Origin: an uncultured delta proteobacterium
GTDB taxonomy: Bacteria; Desulfobacterota; Binatia; UBA9968
Assembly (NCBI GenBank): GCA_963804165.1
Contig: CAWDPO010000043.1
Coordinates: 160,001 to 224,000 of the forward strand
Direction of reading: 5' to 3'
DNA length: 64,000 nucleotides
Part shown: in pieces, positions 23,159 through 33,672 of the stretch
Numbering within the stretch: position 1 is the stretch's first letter
Layout of the letters: every line of letters starts with the position of its first letter
Notes under the pieces: model-generated
What the model was told of the DNA's origin: nothing
The model's input: the letters and a program-made list of their open reading frames with translations, nothing else
Database searches by the model: none
Program-made: the position numbers and the translations under genes

Positions 23159-24130
23159 ATGAAATCTCAAACGTTGTTGCTGGCCATTTTCCTGTCTCTG
23201 GCGATTGTCCCCGCCGCCCGCGGACAATCGTCGCTCGACAAAGTCGTCATCACCTATCCCAGCCGCAGCATCGCCTCTGTTGATCTTTATATCGCCCAGG
23301 ACCGCGGTTTTTTTCGCCAAGAAGGGATCGTCGCCGACGTGGTGCAAGTCAGGGGCAATATCGGCGTCACTGCGCTCTTGAGCGGTGATGCACACGCGGT
23401 CAATAATGTCGGCACGGTGATCCGCGCCATGGAGCGGAGCGATCTTCCGGTCAAAGTGGTCTCGCAGAGTTTGAAGAAAAATCTTTTCTGGCTCGTCACC
23501 AAGCCGGAAGTGAAATCTCTAAGTGATCTCAAAGGTAAGGTCTTTGGCACGACGACGCTCGGCGGCTCGCAGCATCTTGCCGCCCTGCGCCTGTTGCAAA
23601 AAGCCGGGTTGGACCCGGACAAAGACATCACGGTCGTAATCGGCGGCGACGTGCCGGCACAGTTGCAAAGTCTAATGAGCGGGGTCATTCAACTAGCCGC
23701 GCTGTCTCCGCCCACCGTCATCCTGGCGAGAGATAAGTTCAAGTTGAAAATTCACGGCAGCACGCTCGAAGATGTGCCCAATCTACAAAACGGCCTCGCC
23801 TTCTCGGAAAAATTGCTGCGGGAACAACGGCAATTGGTAAAACGCATCCTGCGTGCCCGCTCGCGCGCGCACCGCTACTTTTGGGAAAACGAACACGGCA
23901 CGGCGGACGTCTTAGCGAATTACTTGAAAGTAGACCTTCCGGTCGCTCTCGAGTCCTATCGGCTTGCGCGTCCGGCATTCACGGCCAACGGCCTCGCTAC
24001 CGACAGAGAAGTCGAAGATTTTCTACGCGCGGACGCTGATGTGCTCAAACTTCGCGAGCCCGTGCCGGCAGCGAAAATTTTTGATTTCAGTCTGCAAAGA
24101 GAAGTAAACCAGGAATTGGAAATTAGGTAA
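23159..24130 (+). CDS. ABC transporter substrate-binding protein, SsuA/NMT1-like
   Basis: Signal peptide; LYIAQDRGFF, SLSDLKGK, GLDPDKD, IFDFS. Confidence 0.85.
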   Translation: MKSQTLLLAIFLSLAIVPAARGQSSLDKVVITYPSRSIASVDLYIAQDRGFFRQEGIVADVVQVRGNIGVTALLSGDAHAVNNVGTVIRAMERSDLPVKVVSQSLKKNLFWLVTKPEVKSLSDLKGKVFGTTTLGGSQHLAALRLLQKAGLDPDKDITVVIGGDVPAQLQSLMSGVIQLAALSPPTVILARDKFKLKIHGSTLEDVPNLQNGLAFSEKLLREQRQLVKRILRARSRAHRYFWENEHGTADVLANYLKVDLPVALESYRLARPAFTANGLATDREVEDFLRADADVLKLREPVPAAKIFDFSLQREVNQELEIR

Positions 24131-24186
24131 CTGCGGACGCTGATGTTTTCGCGCCGCAAAACCAACAATGAGGGAGACTCGTGACT

Positions 24187-25136
24187 ATGAATATTCTGAT
24201 CACCGGAGCCGGATTGATCGGGTCAAACACCGCGCGCCACACTGTCGATGCCGGCCATAAAGTAGTTCTTTTCGATGTCTCACCCAACCGCGATTATATC
24301 GATAAAATCGTCGGCAAGGACAAAGTCGATGTGGTCGCCGCGGACATGCGCGATTTGCCTGCGCTACTTGCCGCGCTGGAAAAATACAACGTGGACACAC
24401 TGGTCGACTACCGCGGGGCTGATCGGCTCGCGGGTTCAAGAAAATTCCTATACCGGCGCGACCAACAATATTCTGGGCACGATCAATGTCCTGGAAGCTG
24501 CGCGATTGCGTAAACTTAGACGCGTAGTTTACGTCAGCACTTTCGGTGTTTACGATCGCGACAAAATCACCGACAGCGTCATCCGCGAAACTCACCCCAT
24601 CGGCGGGCATAATCTCTACGCGACGACGAAAGTCTGCTCTGAACAGCTCGTCCATGCATATGCCAGTATGTATAACCTCGACACGATAATAATCCGCCCG
24701 GGCGGCGTTTTCGGCCGCGGTTTTTACGTCGGCGGTTCGACCGTCGGGAAGGTCATGCGCGATTTGGCGCTCAGTATCATTAAAGGCGAACCGATTACCC
24801 TCGACGCCAAGACCTTCGGTCCCAATGAATATGTCTACGGCAAAGATGTCGGCATCGCGCTATTTCTCGCCTGCCAGGCGCAAAATCCGAAACAGCGAAT
24901 ATACAACGCGGGGACCGGCGTCGTACACGGCGCCAACGAGCTCGCGCAAGTCGTCAGAGAGCTGTTGCCGAATGTGGAAGTAAAAGTCAGCGGGGCTAGC
25001 GGCGCCGATAAGAGCCGGAGCATCCCGATGGACATCAGCGTCATCTAAAACTGAGTTAGGCTATACGCCGAAGTTTACGCTGAAAGACGCATTGCGCGAT
25101 TACATGGACGAGTTGTGGGCTGAGCAACGAAATTAG
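24187..25136 (+). CDS. NAD-dependent epimerase/dehydratase; frameshifted
   Basis: ILITGAGLIG, NILGTINVLEAAR, YVST, YATTK; C-terminus KTELGYTPKF in a shifted frame ending at TAG 25136. Confidence 0.85.
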
Positions 25137-25157
25137 CTTTCCGGTTGTTCCAAATGC

Positions 25158-25185
25158 AACCTTGAAACTGGCAACTGGAATCTGC
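25158..25185. repeat. Degenerate heptamer tandem array
   Basis: aaccttg aaactgg caactgg aatctgc, between convergent genes. Confidence 0.5.
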
Positions 25186-25896
25186 CTAATTCCCGAAGCG
25201 AAACCGAATCATGTAATACAACGCGGCGAGTCCGTCTTTCCAGGTGATCTTTTTTCCTTCTTCGTACGTGCGGCCATGGTATGCGATCGGCACTTCGTAA
25301 AAGCGGCAGCCTTTTTTCGCCAGCTTGACAGTGATTTCCGGCTCGAAGCCAAATCGCTTCGATTCCAGCTCGATGCCTTTCAGCACCTCGGCACGAAAAA
25401 CTTTGTAGCCTACTTCCATGTCGGAGAGGTTCAAATTAGTAAGGATGTTGGAGAGCAGTGTCAGCAAATGATTGCCCATGGAGTGCCAAAAAAAAAGCAC
25501 CCGGTGCGCGCCACCGCCGGCGAAGCGGGTGCCGTAAACGACGTCGGCCAATCCGTCCTGGATCGGCTGCAACAACCTCGGATAATCCTTGGGATCATAT
25601 TCCAAATCCGCGTCCTGAATAATCACCACGTCGCCGGTCACGTGACTCATCGCGGTTTTGAGCGCGGCGCCCTTACCCTCGTTCTGCGGTTGAAAAAAGA
25701 CCTTGATGCTATTCAGTCCGTCTCCGGCGCGGCGATTTTCTTCCTGCAGCCGGGTCAGGATGTCGCGGCTACGATCTTTCGAGCCGTCGTCGACGAAAAT
25801 GATTTCTTTCGTCATTGGCACGGCGCAGACACGGCGCCCGATTTCCTCCAGCGTGCGCTCTTCGTTGTAGACGGGAACCAGAACCGAGAGCTTCAC
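25186..25896 (-). CDS. Glycosyltransferase family 2 (DPM synthase-like)
   Basis: VPVYNE, VDDGSKD, GKGAA, IQDADLEYDP, GKKITWKDG. Confidence 0.92.
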   Translation of the reverse strand: MKLSVLVPVYNEERTLEEIGRRVCAVPMTKEIIFVDDGSKDRSRDILTRLQEENRRAGDGLNSIKVFFQPQNEGKGAALKTAMSHVTGDVVIIQDADLEYDPKDYPRLLQPIQDGLADVVYGTRFAGGGAHRVLFFWHSMGNHLLTLLSNILTNLNLSDMEVGYKVFRAEVLKGIELESKRFGFEPEITVKLAKKGCRFYEVPIAYHGRTYEEGKKITWKDGLAALYYMIRFRFGN

Positions 25897-26675
25897 TGTT
25901 CGAATTCGCGCTTCTTGAGCTCACGCACGAAAGCGGAGAGCTTGGGATCAGAGTTGACGGCTTCGTTGATCTTCGCCTGGAAGTCCGCGGCTGCGCGTTC
26001 CAAAGGACCCGTATCCACGCGCAAGCCAAGCCATTGATTGAGCCGCAGCAGCAAGGCCAGGGTACCGCGCGGATTGGGCGACACCGAAAGGTAATGGGGC
26101 AGCGACGCCCACAGACTCACGTGCGCCACACCCGCGGCGCGGCAAGCATCGGCCAATACGCCGACGATGCCGGTCGGCCCTTGATAACGCGAAGGCACGA
26201 GATCGAGTTGCTCCACCAATTGCGGATCCGTGGAAAACCCCGTGAGCGGCACTGGACGAGTATAGAGAACTTCATCGAGATAGGCACCCAAGAGTGATCA
26301 CCGTATCGATCTGGCACTCGCGCGCAAAACGCAGCATGGTTTCCGTGAACGTGCGCCAGCGCAGATGTGGTTCGGCCCCGATGCCGAGCACAAAGTCCTT
26401 TATCGACGCCGATGCCGGGGCCATGATAAAAGTCGTAAGACGGCCAATGAATTTCACGCTCCTTGTTATCGTTCAAACGAACCATCGGACGCTGCCTGTA
26501 AAAATCGTAAAACTCCTCGGGATCGATGGTGGCAAATTTCTTGCTCATCAGCTGATCGATCAGATATCGTACCGCAGTTGTCGCCGAAGCGCCGGCGTCA
26601 CTCCAACCGGCAAACGACAATAACAACATCGGGATTTCTCAGCGCGGGGCGGCTGTCAAAGTTGAGAGCTTCCAT
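25893..26675 (-). CDS. PAC2 (proteasome assembly chaperone) family protein; frameshifted
   Basis: FAGWSDAG, IDPEEFYDF..QRP, EPHLRWRTF, LGAYLDEV.YTRP, SRYQGPTGIVG, SLWASLPHY. Confidence 0.82.
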
Positions 26676-26829
26676 GATTGATTGCTAATCTAGCATATCT
26701 TCGCCCAACCGCTCCAGCGCAAAAATGGCAACCGGACGGAGACATCCTGTAACCTCTGATGCAAACGAATCCAGTCGGCAAAACGGCTAGGAGTTAGCCA
26801 CTCGGTTTGCTATAGTAAAAAACACTTTG

Positions 26830-29141
26830 ATGAAAACCTCCCAACACCCACTTCCACCGTTGTTTCAAAAGAACGAGGTGCTCTTTGGCCATGCCGGCGA
26901 GCCTGGATTGATCGCATTGGAGATCGACGGGGATGATAAAGTCAAGATTTTCTCCCGTGACGGCGACAAGTTATCTTCAGAGAGAGTGCCGTTTGAGCCG
27001 TTCATGCTGCTGGCGGGCGACGACGGCCTGAAAGGCTGGCAAGGCGAGGCGGAAATCGAAGTGCTCGACGGCGGCGGCGCGTTTAATCGCTTGGCCTGTT
27101 TCCCAACCAAAAGCAACTCGAAGACGCCAAGAGTCATCTGCAAGCTAAAACTGGCAAATCGCCATCAGCGGGCGATGCGCCTTATTGGTATTTCAGCGAC
27201 CCACTGCACCAGTTTCTGTTGCTTTCCGGCAAAACGCATTTTCTGGGAATGACGTTTCGCGACTTGAAACGCATGCAAGCTCGACATCGAGACCTATTGC
27301 CAAGAATGTTTTACTTTTCCCAATCCAGCCCGCGAGAGCGACCGGATCACCGCCATCGCCATGTCCGATTCGACAGGCTGGGAGCGGCTGATCTCAGGCA
27401 AGGAACTGGATGAAGCGCGACATGCTGCGGGAGCTCGTTAAAGAGATTCGCGAGCGCGACCCGACGTGATCGAAGGCCATAACATGTTTCGCTTCGATCT
27501 CGAATACATCGAAGCACGCGCCAAGCGGCATAAAGTCGCGCTCAACTCTCGGGCGCGACGGCTCGTGCTCGGGCGGCCATGCCTCGCGAATGCAGATCGC
27601 CGAGCGCACGATCACCTATCGCAAATATGAAATTTTCGGCCGCCACATCATCGACACCTGGATACTCGCGCAACATTACGATGTCGCTACCCGGGAACTG
27701 GAAAGTTTCGGTCTCAAAGATGTCGCGCGCCACTTCGGCATTGCCGGCGCCGAACGCACTTACGTGCCGAGCGACAAGACCAGCTGGTACTTCGATCATG
27801 ATCCGGACACACTTTTCCGCTACGCCCTGGACGATGTGCGCGAGACCCGGGCGATCTCGGAGATTTTATCGTCCAGCTATTTTGTCGCAGGCGCAAATTT
27901 TTCCCGTACAGCTACCAAAACATCCCGCTGCGCGGCAACGCCACCAAAATCGACGCACTGTTTCTGCGCGAATATTTGCACCAGCGCCGCTCCGTGCCGT
28001 ATCCCGACGAAGGTCGGCGACGTCATCGGCGGTTTCACCCAAATGGAGTACCAGGGCACCGCCCAGCGCGTCTTGCACTGCGACGTGACCTCGCTCTATC
28101 CGTCGCTCATGCTGGTGTACAATTACCTGCCGAAGAAGGATGAGCTCGGCGTTTTCGCGGGCTTGCTCCGCGATCTGCGCAGCGTTCCGGCGTGAAAGCC
28201 AAAGAACTGGCGCGAGACGCCTAGGACGAGGAAAGCCGCGTTTATTTCAACGCGCTTGCAATCGACGTTTAAAATTCTCATCAACTCGTTTTACGGCTAC
28301 CTTGGTTTCCAGATGGGCCACTTCAACGATTTCGAGCGCGGCAAACCAGGTGACCGCCAAGGGCCGGGAGCTGATCCAGTCCGCCATTGCCTGGCTTAAA
28401 AAGAATGACGCCAAAATCATCGAAGTCGACACCGATGGCATCTACTTCGTGCCGCCTGAGAACTTAGGGACCGAAGCCGACGAGGAACGACTGATCGCCG
28501 ACCTCGCGGCGATTCTGCCCAAAGGCATCGAGCTGGAGCTCGACGGCCGCTACCCGGCGATGTTCAGCTACAAGATGAAAAACTACGCGCTGCTGGACGA
28601 GCAGGGCACGGTTGCGGATCAAGGGCTCCGGGCTGCGTTCGCGCGGTCTCGAGTTGTTCCAACGCGAATGGCTGGAAGAAATGCTGACATTGCTCCTGAA
28701 AGATGAGCAGGAAAAAATTCCGCAGCTCTACAATCGTTACGTCGACGACATCGACCAGCACCGCAAAGAAATTACTTGGCTGGCGAAAACCGAGACGCTG
28801 CAGGACTCGTTGGAAATCTACCAGGCAAAGCTCAAAGCCAAGAAGCGCAACGCCGGTGCGCCCTACGAGCTGGCGTTAAAAGCCGATCGCCGCTATCAGC
28901 CGGGCGACCAGATCTCCTATTACGTGACCGGCACAAAGCCAAAGTGAAAATCAACGAAAACTGCAAATTAGCATCCGAATGGGACGCGGAGAACCCCGAC
29001 GAAAACGTCGAACATTACAAAGCGAAGCTCAATGAACTGTATGAGAAATTTAAGCCTTGGATCGAAGTGCGAAAGACACCGCGAATCCAGAAGCCGCGAA
29101 CTGAGCGCTGGTCCAACTCAGTTCTCTTCATTCGTTCCTGA
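26830..29141 (+). CDS. Family B DNA polymerase with 3'-5' exonuclease; multiple frameshifts
   Basis: Exonuclease LDIETY and IEGHNMFRFDL; motif A DVTSLYPS; motif B KILINSFYGYLG; motif C EVDTDG; KMKNYALL; KGSGLRSRG. Confidence 0.88.
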
Positions 29142-29157
29142 GTCTTGATACGCAGCG

Positions 29158-29902
29158 ATGAAACGACCGATACAACAAAGTTGCTCTCATCACCGGCGGC
29201 GCCAAGGGATCGGCCGCGCCGTCGCCTTGGATCTTGGCTAACCAGGCTGGCAGGTGGCGATATGCTATCGCACCAGTGCCAGGAAGCCAACGAAGTCATC
29301 GATGTCGTAAGCAAAAAGGCGGTCAGCGGCATGTCGATTGCAATGCGACGTCTCCAATCCCGAAGCCGGGACGGGCTTGGTGGAGCGAGTGCACCAAGAA
29401 TGGGGTCGGATCGACGCGCTGATCAACGGCGCCGGCCCCTACCATCGAGTGTCGCTGCTGCAAGAAACCAACGACGGCTGGCATTCGATGTTCGACAACA
29501 ACCTCCATCCGGTTTTTTATTTGACCCAGGCGGTCATTCCGATTATGAAAGAGCGCAAATGGGGGCGAATCGTGTGCTTCAGCATGGCGAACGCCGAACA
29601 GCTCATCGCCCAGCCCCAGCTCACAGCGCACTACATCAGCAAGGTCGGCTTGCTGGCGCTGTCGCGTTCTTATGCCAAGTTCATCGCGCCCGACGGCATC
29701 ACTATAAATTGCGTTTCCCCCGGATTTATCGACTCAGGCAGCGCGCCCAAAGAAGAGCTCGAGCGCATGGTGAAGATTTATTCCGGCGGGTTATATCGGC
29801 AGCGTGGACGATGCGGTGTCGGCAGTGCGTTTCTTGCTGTCCGATGAAGCGCGCTACGTCAATGGCGCCAACATTCAGCTGAGCGGCGCCTGGGGAGTGT
29901 AG
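29158..29902 (+). CDS. SDR family oxidoreductase; frameshifted
   Basis: VALITGGAKG, DALINGAG, HYISK, INCVSPG, YVNGANIQLSG. Confidence 0.85.
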
Positions 29903-29966
29903 AAAAGAATCGAAACCGACGGTATAGAGTAATCTCGACTCCATGCGGCGAGATGACGACAAATCA

Positions 29967-30456
29967 ATGGCGCACAGTAAAGATCAAGAACGCGCGCTGG
30001 AGCTCATCGGCGAAGCGATGAAACATCAGATGGCGCGAGGAATTCGACGACGCGATTCGGCTTGTATAGAGAATCCATCGCGATCTATCCTACCGCCGAT
30101 GCGCATACGTATTTGGGTTGGGCCTATAGCTTTATCGGGCGACTCGAACGAAGCCATCGCCCAATGCGAGATCGCCATCCAGCTCGACCCGGAATTCGGC
30201 AATCCCTACAACGACATCGGCGTCTATTTCATGCAGCAGCAGCAGTTCGACGACGCCATCGCCTGGTTCGAGCGGGCAAAATCCGCCAAACGCTACGAGC
30301 CGCGTCACTTTCCTTACATCAATCTCGGCCGGATTTATCTTAACCAAAGGAATGATTCAAAGGGCGCTGGAAGAGTTCGGCAACGCGCTCAAGATCAATC
30401 CGGACGACAGCGAACTTTCGCAACTTGTCGAAGAATGGCGCACGAAGCTCCAGTAA
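29967..30456 (+). CDS. Tetratricopeptide repeat protein; frameshifted
   Basis: AHTYLGWAYS, EAIAQCEIAIQLDPEFGNPYNDIG, PYINLGRIY. Confidence 0.8.
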
Positions 30457-30502
30457 CGATTTCGTTCCGCCGCAGCGTCGACCGGGTGCGAGCGCAAACG
30501 CG

Positions 30503-31825
30503 TTAGCTAGCCTCCGCGATCGCGGCATCGAAGATCTTCACCGCGACACCTGCCTGCTCAGCCGTAACGATCAATGGCGGGCAAAAACGTAGTGTGCTCT
30601 GGCCGCAGCTTAGGAGCAATAAACCTTTTTCAAAACAGTTCTGCATGACGCGATCGCGCAATTTTCCGTCGGGGGTGTGACTACCGTCGGAGCGCTCGAA
30701 ATCGACCCCGATCATCAGCCCCAAGCCGCGCACATCACCGATCACGGAATGGCGACCTTTGAGACCGGAAAGTAGCTCCTTCAGAGTTACGCCGATTTTG
30801 GCAGAGTTCTCGACCAATCCCTCTTCCAGCAATTGGATCGTCGCCAACGCCGCCGCGCAAGCGACCGGATTGCCACCGAAAGTGCTGCCGTGGGTGGTAC
30901 TTTTCCAGGTGCTGATATCGGCGCGTGCAATCATCGCGCCCAACGGCATGCCACTGGCGATGCCTTTGGCGGCGCAAAGAATGTCCGGTTCGATGCTCCA
31001 GTGTTCGCACGCGAACATTTTACCGGTGCGGCCGAAGCCAGATTGAATCTCATCCGCAACGAAAAGAATGCCGTATTTCCGGCAAAGATCCTGGAGCATC
31101 GGCAAATATTCAGGCGGCGGTACGATGTAACCGCCTTCGCCTTGGATTGGCTCGACAAAAATCGCCGCGACTTCCTCAGGGCGGACTTCATAGCGAAAGA
31201 GAATTTTTTCCAGAACTTCAACGCACTCGATGCCGCAGGATCCGTATTTCAATTGGTAGGGACAACGATGGCAGAACCCATACGGCACATGGTGCACGCC
31301 GGCAATCAGCGGGCCGAAATGCGCTCGATGGGACGCGCGGCTGGCGGTAAGCGATAAAGCCCCGAGCGTCCTGCCATGAAAAGCGCCGTGAAAAGCGATG
31401 ATATGCTGGCGCTTGGTATGATAGCGCGCGAGCTTGATGGCGGCTTCGACGGTCTCGGTGCCCGAGTTTGTGAAAAATACTTTCTTCGGCTGGGTGCCTG
31501 GCGCCAATCGGTTGAGCTTCTCCGCCAGCTCCACCATCGGCTCGTAGTAATAATCGCTGCCACAGATATGGAGAAATTTTTTGGCTTGTTCGCTGATCGC
31601 TTTGACCACCTGCGGGTGCGAGTGGCCGGTGCTCGCCACGGCGATGCCCGCCATGAAATCGAGAAACAAATTCCCGTCCACGTCTTCGACGACCATACCC
31701 GACGCTTGTTTCACCACCAACGGATACACCCGGCCGTATGCCGGCGCCGTGACTTGATGATCGCGGTCGATCATCGCCTTTGCTTTGGGCCCCGGCAACG
31801 CTGTCTTGATTTGCGGTGCTTTCAT
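30503..31825 (-). CDS. Class III PLP aminotransferase (GABA/acetylornithine aminotransferase family)
   Basis: NSGTE, AFHGRT, EPIQGEGG, DEIQSGFGRTG, AKGIASG, STFGGN. Confidence 0.93.
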   Translation of the reverse strand: MKAPQIKTALPGPKAKAMIDRDHQVTAPAYGRVYPLVVKQASGMVVEDVDGNLFLDFMAGIAVASTGHSHPQVVKAISEQAKKFLHICGSDYYYEPMVELAEKLNRLAPGTQPKKVFFTNSGTETVEAAIKLARYHTKRQHIIAFHGAFHGRTLGALSLTASRASHRAHFGPLIAGVHHVPYGFCHRCPYQLKYGSCGIECVEVLEKILFRYEVRPEEVAAIFVEPIQGEGGYIVPPPEYLPMLQDLCRKYGILFVADEIQSGFGRTGKMFACEHWSIEPDILCAAKGIASGMPLGAMIARADISTWKSTTHGSTFGGNPVACAAALATIQLLEEGLVENSAKIGVTLKELLSGLKGRHSVIGDVRGLGLMIGVDFERSDGSHTPDGKLRDRVMQNCFEKGLLLLSCGQSTLRFCPPLIVTAEQAGVAVKIFDAAIAEAS

Positions 31826-31843
31826 TTAGTTTTCCTCGTCCAG

Positions 31844-31913
31844 AGTTTTGAGTCTCGCGTCTGGAGTTCCACGGGTTCCCGAAAGCTCGAGACTCGCCCT
31901 AGACCCGAAACCC
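31844..31913. repeat. Degenerate heptamer array in inverted arrangement
   Basis: agttttg agtctcg cgtctgg agttcca ... aagctcg agactcg .. agacccg aaacc; gagtctcg/cgagactc is a perfect 8-bp inverted repeat. Confidence 0.6.
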
Positions 31914-33401
31914 TCAATTGTTGTCAATCTGCGCCCGTTGCAGCTTGCCGGAATAGTCGACGTAAATCGATTTCCACTCAGTGAAAATATCGTAGACCGT
32001 CGTGCCGGCCTCACGGTGGCCGTTGCCGGTATCTTTGACGCCGCCGAAAGGCAGATGAACTTCGGCGCCGATGGTCGGTCCATTGATGTAAGTAATGCCC
32101 GCTTCGATGTCGCGCATGGCGCGAAATGCCCGAGCGACATCCTGAGTATAAATCGAGCTCGACAAACCGTACGACGTGCCGTTCAACACCTCGATCGCTT
32201 CCTCGAAGCTTGTGACCTCGATAATCGACAGCACCGGACCGAAGACTTCTTCCTGCGCGATGCGCATGGTCGGCTTGACCTGGTCAAAGATCGTCGGTTG
32301 GAAGAAGTAACCCTTCCCGCAAGAGCCGGCGTCGTGAATGGCGCCGCCGATCAGCAATCGGGCGCCTTCCTGCTTGCCGATATCGATATAACGCAACACT
32401 TTCTCCCGCGCCGGGTGGTTGATCAACGGCCCCATGTCGACGCTTTCGTCGAGGCCGTCGCCGATCTTGATTTTCTGCGCGCGCGCTACCAGAGCACCGG
32501 TGACCGTCTTCGCGACATCGCGATGCACGATCAATCGGCTCGTCGCCGTACAACGCTGGCCGGTGGTGCCGAAGGCGCCCCACAGCGCACCTTCGACGGC
32601 GAGCTCCAGGTCGGCGTCTTCCATCACGACCTGCGCGTTCTTGCCGCCGAGCTCCAATGAGACGCGCTTCAAATGTTGACCGCATACCGCCGCGATCTCC
32701 CGTCCGACGGCAGCCGAGCCGGTGAATGACACCAGTTGAACGTCCGGGTGGCGCACCAGCGCCGCGCCGACTTCTTCGCCGCTTCCATGCACCAAATTCA
32801 CCACGCCGGGTGGGATGCCCGCTTCGGCGAGAATCTCGACCAGCCGCTGTGCCGTATGCGGCGTGTCCTCCGCCGGCTTGAGCACGACGGTATTGCCGCA
32901 AAGCAGCGCGGGAAACATTTTCCAGGTCGGTATCGCCATGGGAAAGTTCCAGGGCGTGATTAGCGCGCACACTCCGATCGGCATGCGCACGGACATGGCG
33001 AATTTGTTCGGCAGCTCCGCCGGCGTCGTCTCGCCGAAAAGCCGCCGGCCCTCGCCGGCGACGTAGAACGCGGTGTCAACACCTTCTTGCACGTCGCCGC
33101 GGGTCTCTTTGAGAATCTTGCCCATCTCGCGTGTCATGCCGCGCGCGATGTCTTCCTTGTACTTGCGCAACAAATCACCCACGCGGTAGAGAAGCTCACC
33201 GCGTTTAGGCGCGGGCACGAGACGCCAGGAGGCGAATGCTCTCTTTGCCGCTTGCACCGCTAGGTCGACATCGTCCGCTGCCGAAGCCGGGAAAAGACCG
33301 ATCAAATCGTCGCGGTTGGCGGGATTGCGATTTTCAAACGTCTGTCCCGCTGAAGCCGCAAGCCATTTGCCGTCGATATAATTTTTGCAGAGCTCAGCCA
33401 T
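31914..33401 (-). CDS. Aldehyde dehydrogenase family protein
   Basis: [36 protein letters not shown]. Confidence 0.95.
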   Translation of the reverse strand: MAELCKNYIDGKWLAASAGQTFENRNPANRDDLIGLFPASAADDVDLAVQAAKRAFASWRLVPAPKRGELLYRVGDLLRKYKEDIARGMTREMGKILKETRGDVQEGVDTAFYVAGEGRRLFGETTPAELPNKFAMSVRMPIGVCALITPWNFPMAIPTWKMFPALLCGNTVVLKPAEDTPHTAQRLVEILAEAGIPPGVVNLVHGSGEEVGAALVRHPDVQLVSFTGSAAVGREIAAVCGQHLKRVSLELGGKNAQVVMEDADLELAVEGALWGAFGTTGQRCTATSRLIVHRDVAKTVTGALVARAQKIKIGDGLDESVDMGPLINHPAREKVLRYIDIGKQEGARLLIGGAIHDAGSCGKGYFFQPTIFDQVKPTMRIAQEEVFGPVLSIIEVTSFEEAIEVLNGTSYGLSSSIYTQDVARAFRAMRDIEAGITYINGPTIGAEVHLPFGGVKDTGNGHREAGTTVYDIFTEWKSIYVDYSGKLQRAQIDNN

Positions 33402-33672
33402 GATGACCTCTCCGTGTTCGGTTTTGATCATTGCTTCGCGCGGGGCAAAGATAGCGATATTCTAAAGGTCCCCCATCGAGAACACAACGCGAACTGTCCC
33501 GTAACGGGTAACCCTAACGTTCGTCACAGGAGCTCCGCTGCGTGATCTACCTAGGTCGGACCGCCCACGTTCCACCGCGGTCAACCGGCCGAAGGATACC
33601 CTTTACAACCACGGCCACCGCTGATATTTAGCGTCGAACGCGGTGCCGCGCCGGCTGGAGGTTTGGATCGTC

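Noticed and set aside
25162-26037. Long antisense ORFs (e.g. 25162..26037, 31848..32660, 34000..34842, 36862..37662, 52279..53109)
   Set aside because: Shadow ORFs opposite well-supported genes, as expected in GC-rich DNA; no recognisable motifs
26804-26825. Possible LexA box (GGTTTGCTATAGTAAAAA) upstream of the family-B polymerase
   Set aside because: Matches only part of the Geobacter-type GGTT-N2-C-N4-G-N3-ACC pattern and is equally explained as an extended -10 element
29098-29124. GAACTGAG/CTCAGTTC 8-bp inverted repeat at the polymerase 3' end
   Set aside because: Short and in an error-rich region; cannot tell whether it is coding or intergenic
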